From Gemmatimonas sp. (GTDB lineage Bacteria; Gemmatimonadota; Gemmatimonadetes; Gemmatimonadales; Gemmatimonadaceae), in the NCBI GenBank assembly GCA_031414535.1, contig JANNVQ010000049.1, positions 32,001-96,000 of the forward strand: a stretch of DNA of 64,000 nt, in the 5' to 3' direction. Shown piece by piece: positions 44,709 to 53,972 of this stretch. The notes beneath the pieces were generated by a model, which saw only the letters and a list, made by a program, of their open reading frames with translations, was not told where the DNA came from and ran no database searches. Numbering within the stretch: the stretch's first letter is position 1; each line of letters starts with the position of its first letter. Position numbers and translations under genes: made by a program.

Positions 44709-47033
44709 GCCCAGGCTCTGCCGCTGAGACAGTCTCAACTGGATGCGAGTGCGCGCGATGCAAACTTTAGAGTGCATCTGGACTCAACGGTGAATGCTCG
44801 CTGGCTGGGCGGTGGTGTGTCTGCCCCGCGTTGGAGTCCTGATGCGCAGTGGGCGTACTTTCAGTATGCCACTTCGCCGTCTCCCGTAATGGAAGGGATG
44901 CAGCCGGATGATCCCTGGTGGCGCGTGTCTCGCGATGGGCGACGTGTGGAGACCGTCACGCGTGAGGCGGCGTTGGAGATTCCCGTGCAGATGCGGCATA
45001 CGAGGGATGCGCGGCGGGCGGTTTGGTTTCATCGCGGATCGCTTTCCTATTGGAAGCGTGGTGCGGCTACGCGCGTGCTTCTGCAGCGCGTGACGGCGAT
45101 CAATCCGCAGTGGACTCCCGATGAGCGCGCGGTGCGATGGATTGAGGGCAACGATCTCTGGGAAGTTGATCCCGAAATGGGGACCATCCGACAACTGACG
45201 CGCGCGATGCAGCGCGACTCTGCGCGCACTGATCGTCTGCGCGCGGAGCTGGTGCGCGAGCAGCTAGAGATTTTTGACTTTACCGCGGCCCAAAAGGCGG
45301 CGCGTGACTCGCTCTACCGCCGCCAGGTGACGGAGCGTTGGGCGCAGCCCATCACGGTGCCATTCCGCGAAGGGGAGACCATCTCCTTCCTCGAGGTGCC
45401 CTCCGGTGACAAGTACGCCACGTATGTGATCACGCCGCGTGTGACGCCCACGCAGACGACGTTCAGTGATTACGTAAACGATTCGGGCATCGTGGTGCAG
45501 CGTACCTCGCGCCCGAAGGTGGGCACGCCGGTACCGGTGCGCCGCGCGATGCTTGTGAAGGTGGATCCGCTCGCTACGCCAGATTCGGTGAAGGCAATCA
45601 CCGTTGAAGCAGACACCGCAAAGTTCGGCGGCAAGCGAGTGACCGTTGCGAGTACGCTCTGGAACGATCAGGGTACGCGCTTCGTGGTGGAGTTCCAGTC
45701 GCTGGACCACAAGGATCGTTGGTTTGTGCTCGTGAACCCAGCGGACGGCAAGCATGAGCGCGTGCTGCACCACATCCACGACGATGCTTGGTTCGGTGGC
45801 GCGGGCAATGCGATGGGGTGGTTGAATGCTTCGTGGGCCGAGTTTCTGCCGGATGGTGAGACGCTGGCCATCACGAGTGAGGAGACGGGCTGGGCGCATC
45901 TCTACCTTGTAGGTATGGACGGCAGCAAGCGTGCGCTCACGAGCGGCAACTGGGAGATTCGCAACATCTCGCGCTCCAACGATGGCACGAGCTGGTGGAT
46001 TCAGGCCGGCGTGGAGCATCCCAACGAGTTGCACCTCTACGAACTGCCGCTGCGCGGTGGCACGCTCACGCGTATCAATCCAGCGGGCGAAGGTGAGATG
46101 CAGCCTTCGCCGTCGCCGGATGGGCAGACGCTAGCCTACCGTTGGAACACGCCCACGGAGCTTAGCGATCTGTACCTAATGCCCCGCCGCGCTGGTGCAC
46201 AGGCCACACGCGTCACGCGTTCGGGCACGGACGCCTTCTATAGAATTGCCTGGCCGGAGAGTGAGTATATCTCATTCCCTGACGACCGCGGCCAGCCAGT
46301 GTTTGCCCGCGTGTACAAGCCGCTCACACAGATTGCCACGCGTCCGTCAGTGATGGAAATCCACGGCGCCGGCTACGCGCAGGGCGTGCACAAGACCTTT
46401 GCCAACTCCGGTGCGCACGGCGGCGCCCTTACCGCGCAGTACCTAGCCGCGCGCGGCGTCACCTACGTAGTGCTCGACTACCGTGGCAGCTCAGGCTACG
46501 GTCGCGACATGCGCACGGACATCTACCGCTCCATGGGCGACCGCGACGTGAAGTCGGCCGTAGCCGCGATTCCCGTACTCCAACAGCGCTACGGCGTGAA
46601 CCCGCAGAAGGTGGGCCTCTTCGGCTGCTCCTATGGCGGATTCTTTACGCTGATGGCGCTCTTTCAACATCCCGGTGTCTTCCAGGGCGGCGTGGCCCAA
46701 TGCTCCGTCACGGACTGGGCGCATTACAACCACGGCTACACGGCTCGCATCTTGAACGGCGCACCGGCAGACGACACCACCGCGTACCGCGTGAGCAGCC
46801 CGATCTACCACGCCGAGGGCCTGAAGGACCGCCTGATCCTCCAGCACGGCCTCGTGGACGGCAACGTGCAGTACCAAGACGCCGCCCGCCTCGTGCAGCG
46901 CATGATGGAACTCGGCAAGGACTTTGAGTTCGTCACCTACCCGATTGACGCACACGGCTGGACCACCCGCTGGGCTCGAATCGACTCTCAGCGGCGCGCC
47001 ATGCGTCTCTGGGAGGAGATACTGCTGAAGTAG
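44631..47033 (+). CDS. S9 prolyl oligopeptidase / DPP IV-like peptidase
   Basis: Beta-propeller region, GCSYGG nucleophile, HGLVDGNV, YPIDAHG. Confidence 0.92.
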   Translation: MRSYLGALKFPIRFSFFSIAFCSSLFAQALPLRQSQLDASARDANFRVHLDSTVNARWLGGGVSAPRWSPDAQWAYFQYATSPSPVMEGMQPDDPWWRVSRDGRRVETVTREAALEIPVQMRHTRDARRAVWFHRGSLSYWKRGAATRVLLQRVTAINPQWTPDERAVRWIEGNDLWEVDPEMGTIRQLTRAMQRDSARTDRLRAELVREQLEIFDFTAAQKAARDSLYRRQVTERWAQPITVPFREGETISFLEVPSGDKYATYVITPRVTPTQTTFSDYVNDSGIVVQRTSRPKVGTPVPVRRAMLVKVDPLATPDSVKAITVEADTAKFGGKRVTVASTLWNDQGTRFVVEFQSLDHKDRWFVLVNPADGKHERVLHHIHDDAWFGGAGNAMGWLNASWAEFLPDGETLAITSEETGWAHLYLVGMDGSKRALTSGNWEIRNISRSNDGTSWWIQAGVEHPNELHLYELPLRGGTLTRINPAGEGEMQPSPSPDGQTLAYRWNTPTELSDLYLMPRRAGAQATRVTRSGTDAFYRIAWPESEYISFPDDRGQPVFARVYKPLTQIATRPSVMEIHGAGYAQGVHKTFANSGAHGGALTAQYLAARGVTYVVLDYRGSSGYGRDMRTDIYRSMGDRDVKSAVAAIPVLQQRYGVNPQKVGLFGCSYGGFFTLMALFQHPGVFQGGVAQCSVTDWAHYNHGYTARILNGAPADDTTAYRVSSPIYHAEGLKDRLILQHGLVDGNVQYQDAARLVQRMMELGKDFEFVTYPIDAHGWTTRWARIDSQRRAMRLWEEILLK

Positions 47034-47197
47034 TGAAGAGCGAAGAGCGATATTGAAAAGCGAAGTATTCAATATCGAAGACCTAAAGGGACCAAGGTAG
47101 GAAATTGAAGCTTCCCCTTCGTACCTTGGTACCTTAACCACTCGCTCTTCACTACTTCGCTCTTCCGTTGTCGCTTTTCGCTCCTCGCTCCTCTCCT
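47027..47197. repeat. GAAGAGC-family long hairpin
   Basis: gaagtagtgaagagcgaagagcga ... tcgctcttcactacttcgctcttc, with an inner accaaggta/taccttggt stem. Confidence 0.85.
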
Positions 47198-47200
47198 CAC

Positions 47201-48082
47201 ATGACTTTCTCAAAAGACCTCCTCCTCAAGAAGTCCGCTCTCATCACTGGTGGCGGCACAGGACTCGGCCGCGCGATGGCTGAGCGATTCCTTCAGCTCG
47301 GCGCTACCGTCGTCATCTGCGGGCGCCGCGCGGAGGTGCTTGAACAAGCGGCAAAGGAGATGATGGCCGAGCACGGCGGCCGCGTCATTGCGATTCCCTG
47401 CGACGTGCGCGATCCGGCGGCGGTGGATGCGCTCGTGGAAAAGGCATGGGCTGAATGTGGCGGGCTCGACATTCTGGTGAACAACGCGGCGGGGAACATT
47501 GCCGCGCCAACCGAGAAGCTCTCGCACCGCGCGGTGGACTCCGTACTCGGCATCGTGTTGCATGGCTCGTTTTACTGCACACTGGCTCTCGGCAAGCGCT
47601 GGTTGGCTGAGAAGCGCCGCGGCAAGGTGCTGTCCATCGTCACGACCTATGCAGAGGGTGGCTCGGCGTACGTGGTGCCGAGTGCTGCGGCAAAGGCTGG
47701 TGTGCTCGCCATGACGCGTTCGCTGGCGGTGGAGTGGGGCGGTCGTGGGATCAGCTGCAACGCCATCGCGCCAGGACCATTTCCAACGAAGGGTGCTTGG
47801 GATCGCTTGTTGCCCGACCCTTCGATGCTCGACGCGGCGATTGATCGCATTCCATTGCGGCGGCCGGGCGAGCTCATTGAGCTCGCGGACCTTGCGGTGT
47901 TCCTTGTGAGCAATCTCTCCGACTACATCAACGGTGAGTGCATCACCATTGATGGCGGAGAGAAGCTGAAGGGCGCTGGCCAGTTCTCGTGGATGGGCTC
48001 GCTCACACCGGAGCAATGGGCCGCGCTAGAAAAGTCCGCACGAGGTACGACGGCCAAGGACAAGACTCAGATGGGCAACTGA
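47201..48082 (+). CDS. SDR oxidoreductase, 2,4-dienoyl-CoA reductase-like
   Basis: TGGGTGLG, NNAAGN, SAAAKAGV, AVEWG, IAPGPFPT. Confidence 0.9.
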   Translation: MTFSKDLLLKKSALITGGGTGLGRAMAERFLQLGATVVICGRRAEVLEQAAKEMMAEHGGRVIAIPCDVRDPAAVDALVEKAWAECGGLDILVNNAAGNIAAPTEKLSHRAVDSVLGIVLHGSFYCTLALGKRWLAEKRRGKVLSIVTTYAEGGSAYVVPSAAAKAGVLAMTRSLAVEWGGRGISCNAIAPGPFPTKGAWDRLLPDPSMLDAAIDRIPLRRPGELIELADLAVFLVSNLSDYINGECITIDGGEKLKGAGQFSWMGSLTPEQWAALEKSARGTTAKDKTQMGN

Positions 48083-48096
48083 TCATCGCGGCGCGA

Positions 48097-48149
48097 AGCA
48101 TCCGTCATCCGCCATCCATCATCCGTCATCCGTCATTAGCAATCCGTCC
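48097..48149. repeat. GACGGAT-family repeat (ATCCGTC orientation)
   Basis: agcatccgtcatccgccatccatcatccgtcatccgtc...atccgtcc. Confidence 0.85.
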
Positions 48150-48150
48150 A

Positions 48151-49338
48151 ATGCTAACCTCCGAGTATCGCCGCTTCCTCGAAGAACACGCGTTTCCGCT
48201 CGAGCGCGAGTTTCTGAGCCGGCCGTTTCGCGACCTGCTGCCTCAGCTGAGTGAGCTTCGCGCGGAAGCGAAGCGCCGGAATCTCTGGGCTCCACATCTG
48301 CCCAAGTCCTTAGGCGGGCTCGGATTGTCCTTGCCGGAGTTCGCTGAGATCTCCGCTGTGCTCGGTGAATCGCCAATCGGCCACTATCTGTTCAATTGCA
48401 ATGCGCCGGATATTGGCAATCAGGAGTTGCTGCACACGCACGGCAGCGCTGAACAAAAGGCGCAGTGGTTTGAGCCCTTGGCGCGCGGTGAGATTCGCAG
48501 CTGCTTCGCGATGACGGAGCCGGAGTTTGCGGGCTCCAATCCCGTGTGGATGGCGACGACGGCTATTCGCGAAGGCGATGAGTATGTCATCAGTGGTCAC
48601 AAGTGGTTCACGTCTTCAGCGGATGGTGCAGCCTTTACCATCGTGATGGCCGTGACGGATGCCAGCGCGCCGCCGCACAAGCGGGCGAGTCAGATCATCG
48701 TGCCTATGAATGCCGCGGGTGTGATCTTCGTGCGCAATATCTCCGTGATGGGAGAAAGTGGCTCTGACTACCCGAGTCACGCTGAGCTGCGCTTTGAGAA
48801 CGTGCGCGTGCCGGTGACGAATCGCATTGGCGACGAGGGCGCAGGCTTTGCGCTTGCGCAAGAGCGGCTGGGGCCGGGTCGCATTCATCACTGCATGCGC
48901 TGGCTGGGCATCTCGGAGCGCGCGTTCCGCTTGATGGTGCAGCGTGCGGCTACGCGTGAGCTCTCACCCGGTGAACCACTGGGGATGCAGCAGACGGTGC
49001 AACATTGGATCGCCGAGTGCCGGGCGGAGATGGATGCGTCGCGCTTGCTCGTAATGGATGTGGCGCATCGCATTGAGCGCGATGGCGCGCATGCGGCCCG
49101 CGATGGCATTTCGCTTATCAAGTTCCATGTGGCCGGTGTGCTGCAGCGCGTGTTGGACCGCGCCATTCAAGTGCATGGAGCACTTGGCATGACCGATGAC
49201 ACACCGTTGGCCTACTGGTACCGGCACGAGCGGGGTGCGCGCATTTATGATGGGCCGGATGAGGTGCATAAGAGCGCGGTGGCGCGACGTATCTTGTCTG
49301 CTGCGGGTATGAAGGTGAAACCCAAACGGGACGGATGA
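48151..49338 (+). CDS. Acyl-CoA dehydrogenase (ACAD10/11, LvaC-like)
   Basis: FNCNAPDIGN, RSCFAMTEP, AQERLGPGRIHHCMR, RIYDGPDEVH. Confidence 0.92.
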   Translation: MLTSEYRRFLEEHAFPLEREFLSRPFRDLLPQLSELRAEAKRRNLWAPHLPKSLGGLGLSLPEFAEISAVLGESPIGHYLFNCNAPDIGNQELLHTHGSAEQKAQWFEPLARGEIRSCFAMTEPEFAGSNPVWMATTAIREGDEYVISGHKWFTSSADGAAFTIVMAVTDASAPPHKRASQIIVPMNAAGVIFVRNISVMGESGSDYPSHAELRFENVRVPVTNRIGDEGAGFALAQERLGPGRIHHCMRWLGISERAFRLMVQRAATRELSPGEPLGMQQTVQHWIAECRAEMDASRLLVMDVAHRIERDGAHAARDGISLIKFHVAGVLQRVLDRAIQVHGALGMTDDTPLAYWYRHERGARIYDGPDEVHKSAVARRILSAAGMKVKPKRDG

Positions 49339-49355
49339 CGGATGACGGATGCTAA
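49329..49355. repeat. GACGGAT-family repeat supplying a stop and a start codon
   Basis: ggacggatgacggatgacggatgctaa contains TGA 49336-49338 and ATG 49342. Confidence 0.85.
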
Positions 49356-50406
49356 GGACAGCAAAGAGACGGCTTCCGTCCGAGCTGGGGAGGAGTTGCC
49401 GCTAGATTCATTGAACACCTGGCTCGCTTCCGCGGCGCCGGAAGTTGGGCGGGTGAACGGTGTGGAACAGTTTCCGGGTGGGTTTTCTAACCTCACCTAT
49501 CTGCTCAAGACGAGCACTGGGGAATTCGTGTTGCGTCGCGCGCCGCGTGGTGCGCCTGGTGGCTCGGCGCACGACATGCCGCGCGAGGCGCGCATTCTTT
49601 CGGTCTGCGAGCTGCGGTTCATCCCGGCGCCTCGCGCCATTGTGACCTGCGAAGATCCTGCGGTTATCGGCGCAGCGTTCTATGTGATGGAACGCGTGCG
49701 CGGCGTGATTCTGCGCGGTTCGAAGGCGCCGAGTGGGTATGATGCGGCCGCGTTCGCCGCGCTTGGGGAGAACTTTCTCGATACGCTGGTGGCCATTCAC
49801 GGTGCGACGCCGTCGGATCCTGTTATCGGTGGGCTGGGGCGTCCGCTGGGGTATGTGTCACGTCAAGTGGAGGGCTGGACTGAGCGTTACGCGAAGTCGC
49901 GCACGGATGATGTGGCCAGCATTGCGCAGCTTGCGAGTTGGCTAGCGGAGCATCAGCCGAGCGAGAGCGGCGCGTGCTTGATTCACAACGACTTCAAGTA
50001 CGACAACTTGGTGCTCGACTCTGAGAAGCCGGGCCGCATCATTGCCGTGCTCGACTGGGAAATGGCCACGCTGGGCGATCCGCTGCTCGACGTCGGCACC
50101 TCGCTCGCGTACTGGATTGAGGCCGGCGACCATCCGGCGTTCAAGGCGCTGGGGCTGGGCATCACGGCGCTACCGGGCAATCTCACGCGCGCGCAGCTTT
50201 GGGATGGCTATCTCAAGAAGAGCGGGCGTGCATCACGCTCGGCGACTTGGTATCACGCCTTTGGCGTGTTCAAGGTGGCGGTGATTGCGCAGCAGATTTA
50301 TGCGCGCTACAAGAAGGGGCACACGAGTGACGAGCGATTTGCGCGCTTGGGCGATGTGGTCAAGCTGCTTGGCGAGTTTGGTGGGAGCGTGGTGGCGCGC
50401 GGCTAG
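49342..50406 (+). CDS. APH-family phosphotransferase (ACAD10/11 kinase, LvaA-like)
   Basis: QFPGGFSNLTY, AHDMPRE, HNDFKYDN, VLDWEMATLGDP. Confidence 0.92.
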   Translation: MTDAKDSKETASVRAGEELPLDSLNTWLASAAPEVGRVNGVEQFPGGFSNLTYLLKTSTGEFVLRRAPRGAPGGSAHDMPREARILSVCELRFIPAPRAIVTCEDPAVIGAAFYVMERVRGVILRGSKAPSGYDAAAFAALGENFLDTLVAIHGATPSDPVIGGLGRPLGYVSRQVEGWTERYAKSRTDDVASIAQLASWLAEHQPSESGACLIHNDFKYDNLVLDSEKPGRIIAVLDWEMATLGDPLLDVGTSLAYWIEAGDHPAFKALGLGITALPGNLTRAQLWDGYLKKSGRASRSATWYHAFGVFKVAVIAQQIYARYKKGHTSDERFARLGDVVKLLGEFGGSVVARG

Positions 50407-50461
50407 GAGGCTGGTCGAGCGCTGAACGCGCCGTGCTCGCGCTACTTCGCGCTACTTCGTG

Positions 50462-51142
50462 CTACTTCCTGTCTGTGAGCCGCAGCAGGTGCGAGGCGAT
50501 GGCCTCGAACTGTTTTTCTCGTTTGCTACGCCAGCTTGGCAGGCGAGTCAGGCCACTGATAGTCAGCGCGGTACCGATGATACCGACGGGCACGAGGCCG
50601 GCGATAAACTCTGGGCCCTGACTTCCCGGCATAATTGCGCTGATGAATGCGAGGAGCGAAGAGACAGCGACCATCGAAACGCCCGCGCTGACCAATCCCC
50701 GCGCGTCGCCACGCACGGTCTTAAAGCGCACGCGATGTCCCTTGGGCGTTGGCTCGAGCAGGACCTGGAGATTGCTGTTCGTCCACTGCCGAAACGAGCC
50801 CTGCACCTCAACCTTGCCACGGGCCTCGAAGGTTTCGCGCAGCAGCACCACTAACTGGTCCCACTCTTCGTCGCTGAGCTTGCGGTCGAGCTCCACGGTA
50901 CGCGCGACGCCAATCGTGATGCCCAGTACCGTCGGCGGCGTTGGCGGAGGTGGCTGATCGACCAGTCGCGCCGCTTGCGCCACCATCTCTGGCGAGATGC
51001 CCGCTTCGCGACCGATTGTCTGAAGCTCCTCCAGCGACATGCCTTCGCTGCGCGAGAGCGACGTAGACTGCTCGCGCTGCACTTCGGTGGCTTTGGCGAA
51101 GATGCGGGCGACTTCGTCGTCGGAGAAGCGGCGTTCAGACAT
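50462..51142 (-). CDS. Hypothetical membrane protein
   Basis: 226-aa ORF with two C-terminal TM helices; host-like codons. Confidence 0.7.
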   Translation of the reverse strand: MSERRFSDDEVARIFAKATEVQREQSTSLSRSEGMSLEELQTIGREAGISPEMVAQAARLVDQPPPPTPPTVLGITIGVARTVELDRKLSDEEWDQLVVLLRETFEARGKVEVQGSFRQWTNSNLQVLLEPTPKGHRVRFKTVRGDARGLVSAGVSMVAVSSLLAFISAIMPGSQGPEFIAGLVPVGIIGTALTISGLTRLPSWRSKREKQFEAIASHLLRLTDRK

Positions 51143-51237
51143 AGGTGAAATCTGGGCGCGGGGCCTAGGGCGCGCGAGTGCGAAGCCGTCTTTGAGAAGT
51201 AGTATTTAGACACCTGCTGTACGCTCCAACCAAGGAA

Positions 51238-52356
51238 TTGCCTGTGCGCCTTCACATCATTCCGCTTGTTGTCTTGCTCGCGTTGACGCCTCTGGGCGGT
51301 GATGCACAGTGGCGGACGTCCGTTCTGCCGGTGCTCGGCTCCGCGCCCGAGACGGGCGGGCAGTTTGGCGTCGCGGTGTTCCGTACGCGTCAGCCAGATG
51401 ATTCGCTCGGGACGCGACCCTCGTCGCTCATCGGCAATGCGATTCTGACAAGCAAGGGCCAGCAGCGCGCGTTTGTGGAGTACGATCGTTGGACCGCTGG
51501 CAACGAGCGCCGACTCCAAGTACTCGCCATCGCGTCAAAGTTTCCCTTGCCCTTCTATGGCTACGGGGACCAGTCGGCTCGCGACCCAATGGAGTATGAG
51601 CCGAGGACGCTGGAGCTGAGCATCACGCGTGCTCGGAAGAGTGGACGAGCCTCCTGGCGCTATGCGGCACTTCGCGTCGTTGACACCAAGGTGAATAGCT
51701 TCTCCCCGAATTACCTCGTGGATCCCTTTCCCTGCGACTCGCTGGGTTGCGGGCTCTCGCCTGAGCTCGACGGCGTTCCTCGCGTCACCGATTACCGCCT
51801 CACAATGGCGACGCTGGGTTGGATCCGCGATTCGCGCGACAACCTCTTCGCGGCCACCAGCGGCGGCGTATTCGATATCTCGCTCACAGGCGGGCTCGAG
51901 TGGGAGCCCGGCGACGCTGGTCCGAGGGACGTGCTCACGCGACTTCGTATGGATTGGCGCAGGTACCGACCGCTACGCAATGGCGGAGTGCTTGCGGGTC
52001 AGGTCACGTTTAGCGACGCCTACGGGGAGTTCCCGATTGACCAAGTGGTGCTGGTTGGGCATCACACGCTCAACCGTGGTTACACCATGGGTCGCTTTCG
52101 TGATCGTGGGATGCTGGCCGCGCAGCTTGAATGGCGCAGTCCGATGCGCCTCTGGAATGACCGACTCGGATTTGCGTCCTTCGGTGGCGTTGCGCTGCTC
52201 AGAGGCGAGTCGCGCAACAATCGCCCGCTTCCGTCCGCAGGCGCCGGCCTCCGCTACCGCCTCGACCCGCGCACGCGCTCAACAATTCGCGTAGACTATG
52301 CCATCGGCGCGTCGGGCCAGAAGGGCCTCTACGTCGCCTTCAACGAGGCGTTTTGA
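51238..52356 (+). CDS. BamA/TamA (Omp85) surface-antigen beta-barrel protein
   Basis: Signal peptide, RGYTMGRFRD, GAGLRY, C-terminal FNEAF. Confidence 0.8.
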   Translation: MPVRLHIIPLVVLLALTPLGGDAQWRTSVLPVLGSAPETGGQFGVAVFRTRQPDDSLGTRPSSLIGNAILTSKGQQRAFVEYDRWTAGNERRLQVLAIASKFPLPFYGYGDQSARDPMEYEPRTLELSITRARKSGRASWRYAALRVVDTKVNSFSPNYLVDPFPCDSLGCGLSPELDGVPRVTDYRLTMATLGWIRDSRDNLFAATSGGVFDISLTGGLEWEPGDAGPRDVLTRLRMDWRRYRPLRNGGVLAGQVTFSDAYGEFPIDQVVLVGHHTLNRGYTMGRFRDRGMLAAQLEWRSPMRLWNDRLGFASFGGVALLRGESRNNRPLPSAGAGLRYRLDPRTRSTIRVDYAIGASGQKGLYVAFNEAF

Positions 52357-52384
52357 CGGCGCCTCCGTCCTAGGGGTTCGCGCG

Positions 52385-52762
52385 ATGTCAGACCTCACGC
52401 TCGGCAAGATTCAACAGATCGCCCTCGTCCAGCACGACGTGGACGCGGCCGTCCCCTTCTACAGAGACGGGCTCGGCCTCACGCTCCAATTCGCGATGGC
52501 CGGCATGGCCTTCTTCGACGCGGGTGGCGTACGCTTGATGCTCAGTAAGCCGAGCAGTCCGGAGTTGGATCATCCTAACTCTGTGCTGTACTTCGAAGTC
52601 GCCAATTGCCAAACGGCCTACGAGACTCTCAAGGCCAGAGGCGTCCCCTTCGACGGCGAACCGCACCTCGTAGGAAAAACCGCCACGCACGAATTGTGGA
52701 TGGCCTTCTGCCGAGATCCTGAGCGGAATCTCATCGCTATCAGCGAGTCGCGACCCCTTTAA
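52385..52762 (+). CDS. VOC/glyoxalase family protein
   Basis: AVPFYRDGLGL, MAFFDAGGVRLML, WMAFCRDPERN. Confidence 0.88.
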   Translation: MSDLTLGKIQQIALVQHDVDAAVPFYRDGLGLTLQFAMAGMAFFDAGGVRLMLSKPSSPELDHPNSVLYFEVANCQTAYETLKARGVPFDGEPHLVGKTATHELWMAFCRDPERNLIAISESRPL

Positions 52763-52768
52763 AGGTTA

Positions 52769-52838
52769 TTCACCACGGAGGCACGGAGGCACAGAGACTG
52801 CTCAAGTAGTCTCCGCGCCTCCGTGTCTCCGTGGTGAA
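52769..52838. repeat. Octamer (CACGGAGG) tandem hairpin between convergent genes
   Basis: ttcaccacggaggcacggaggcacagagact...agtctccgcgcctccgtgtctccgtggtgaa. Confidence 0.85.
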
Positions 52839-52858
52839 CGCAGTTTGTCCTTTGGGAA

Positions 52859-53446
52859 CTACGGACGCCACTGATTGGCGCGTTTACCCTGAGCGGCGAG
52901 TGTAGCGGTCTCGAGTATGCGCTTGGCACGCGTCTCCGGCCGCTTGGCGGATGAGATCCACTCAAGGATGCCGCGTTTGATTGATTTAGGAAACGCATCG
53001 AAGTTTGCCGCCGAGCCCGGATGAGCACGGAAGGTCTTAATCAAATCGGGTGGCATCTCCAGCGCCTCCACGCGATCAAGCTTCGCCCAAGAGCCGTCTG
53101 CTTTGGCCGCGGTAATCTTCGCGAGGCCTGCCGGCTGCATGCGCTTGGCCGCGATCATCTGCTTGATGCGCTGCTTGTTGAGTGCTGACCAGCCCGTTTT
53201 GCTCGAGCGTGGCGAGAAGCGCAACATCGTGCGCTCGGCGTCGAGTTTGCGCGGCAGGGAGTCAATCCATCCCCAGCACAGCGCCTCACTCACCGACTCA
53301 TCGTACGAGAGCCGCGGGCGGCTCGCGCCCTGCTTGTACGTGATGAGCCAAACGCTCGCGGCCCTCGTGTGATTCGCTTGCAACCACGCCCGCCACTCGG
53401 CGAGCGTGGTGACTTCGACGGAGTCTGCCGGGCGGGTGCCGGGCAT
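52859..53446 (-). CDS. YdeI/OmpD-associated family protein
   Basis: WRAWLQANH, EALCWGWIDS, WSALNK, AKRPETRAKRI. Confidence 0.9.
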   Translation of the reverse strand: MPGTRPADSVEVTTLAEWRAWLQANHTRAASVWLITYKQGASRPRLSYDESVSEALCWGWIDSLPRKLDAERTMLRFSPRSSKTGWSALNKQRIKQMIAAKRMQPAGLAKITAAKADGSWAKLDRVEALEMPPDLIKTFRAHPGSAANFDAFPKSIKRGILEWISSAKRPETRAKRILETATLAAQGKRANQWRP

Positions 53447-53462
53447 CAGACTCCGTTGAAGC

Positions 53463-53972
53463 TCACGGCGCCGGCGCGCCAGCGAACAACGTCCCATCCT
53501 TGTCGAGGAGGGCGATGAAGCTGCGCACCTGCGTTGGGCCAAACGAACTCACGGCAACACGCTCGCCGGTTTCCGGGTCCTCAATCGTGATGCGACCGTC
53601 ACCCCAGGCCGTGAGGAGGAATGGTGCTTCCTGGGATTTCCGAGCCATCCGCCGACGGTCCGCCATCGCGCGCAGTGCGCCGCGGATGAAGCCGTTCGTG
53701 CCTGGCGGTAGGGTGAGCGCTAGTTCGCCCGTGCTCCCGTCCTTCACGAGGATGCCACCATCAGGTGCGTCTGAGAAGCTCAGTGCGCGCTGCGCAATTG
53801 GATTCTCATAGACGTCTGCAAACTTAAAGATGCCAAACTGCGACGCGAGAATCGCCATTGTGAACGTGAGGGCAATCATCGCCAGTGCCACGCGCAGGAT
53901 TGGCCGCGGCGGCGTGATTTGCGGCATCGCCGACTTGGAGCCCGGCTCCGCTTCAAAATGGATCTCGGCCAT
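53463..53972 (-). CDS. puhC: Photosynthetic complex assembly protein PuhC
   Basis: Single TM, LSFSDAPDG, GFIRGALR, DPETG..SFGPT; position after puhB. Confidence 0.88.
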   Translation of the reverse strand: MAEIHFEAEPGSKSAMPQITPPRPILRVALAMIALTFTMAILASQFGIFKFADVYENPIAQRALSFSDAPDGGILVKDGSTGELALTLPPGTNGFIRGALRAMADRRRMARKSQEAPFLLTAWGDGRITIEDPETGERVAVSSFGPTQVRSFIALLDKDGTLFAGAPAP

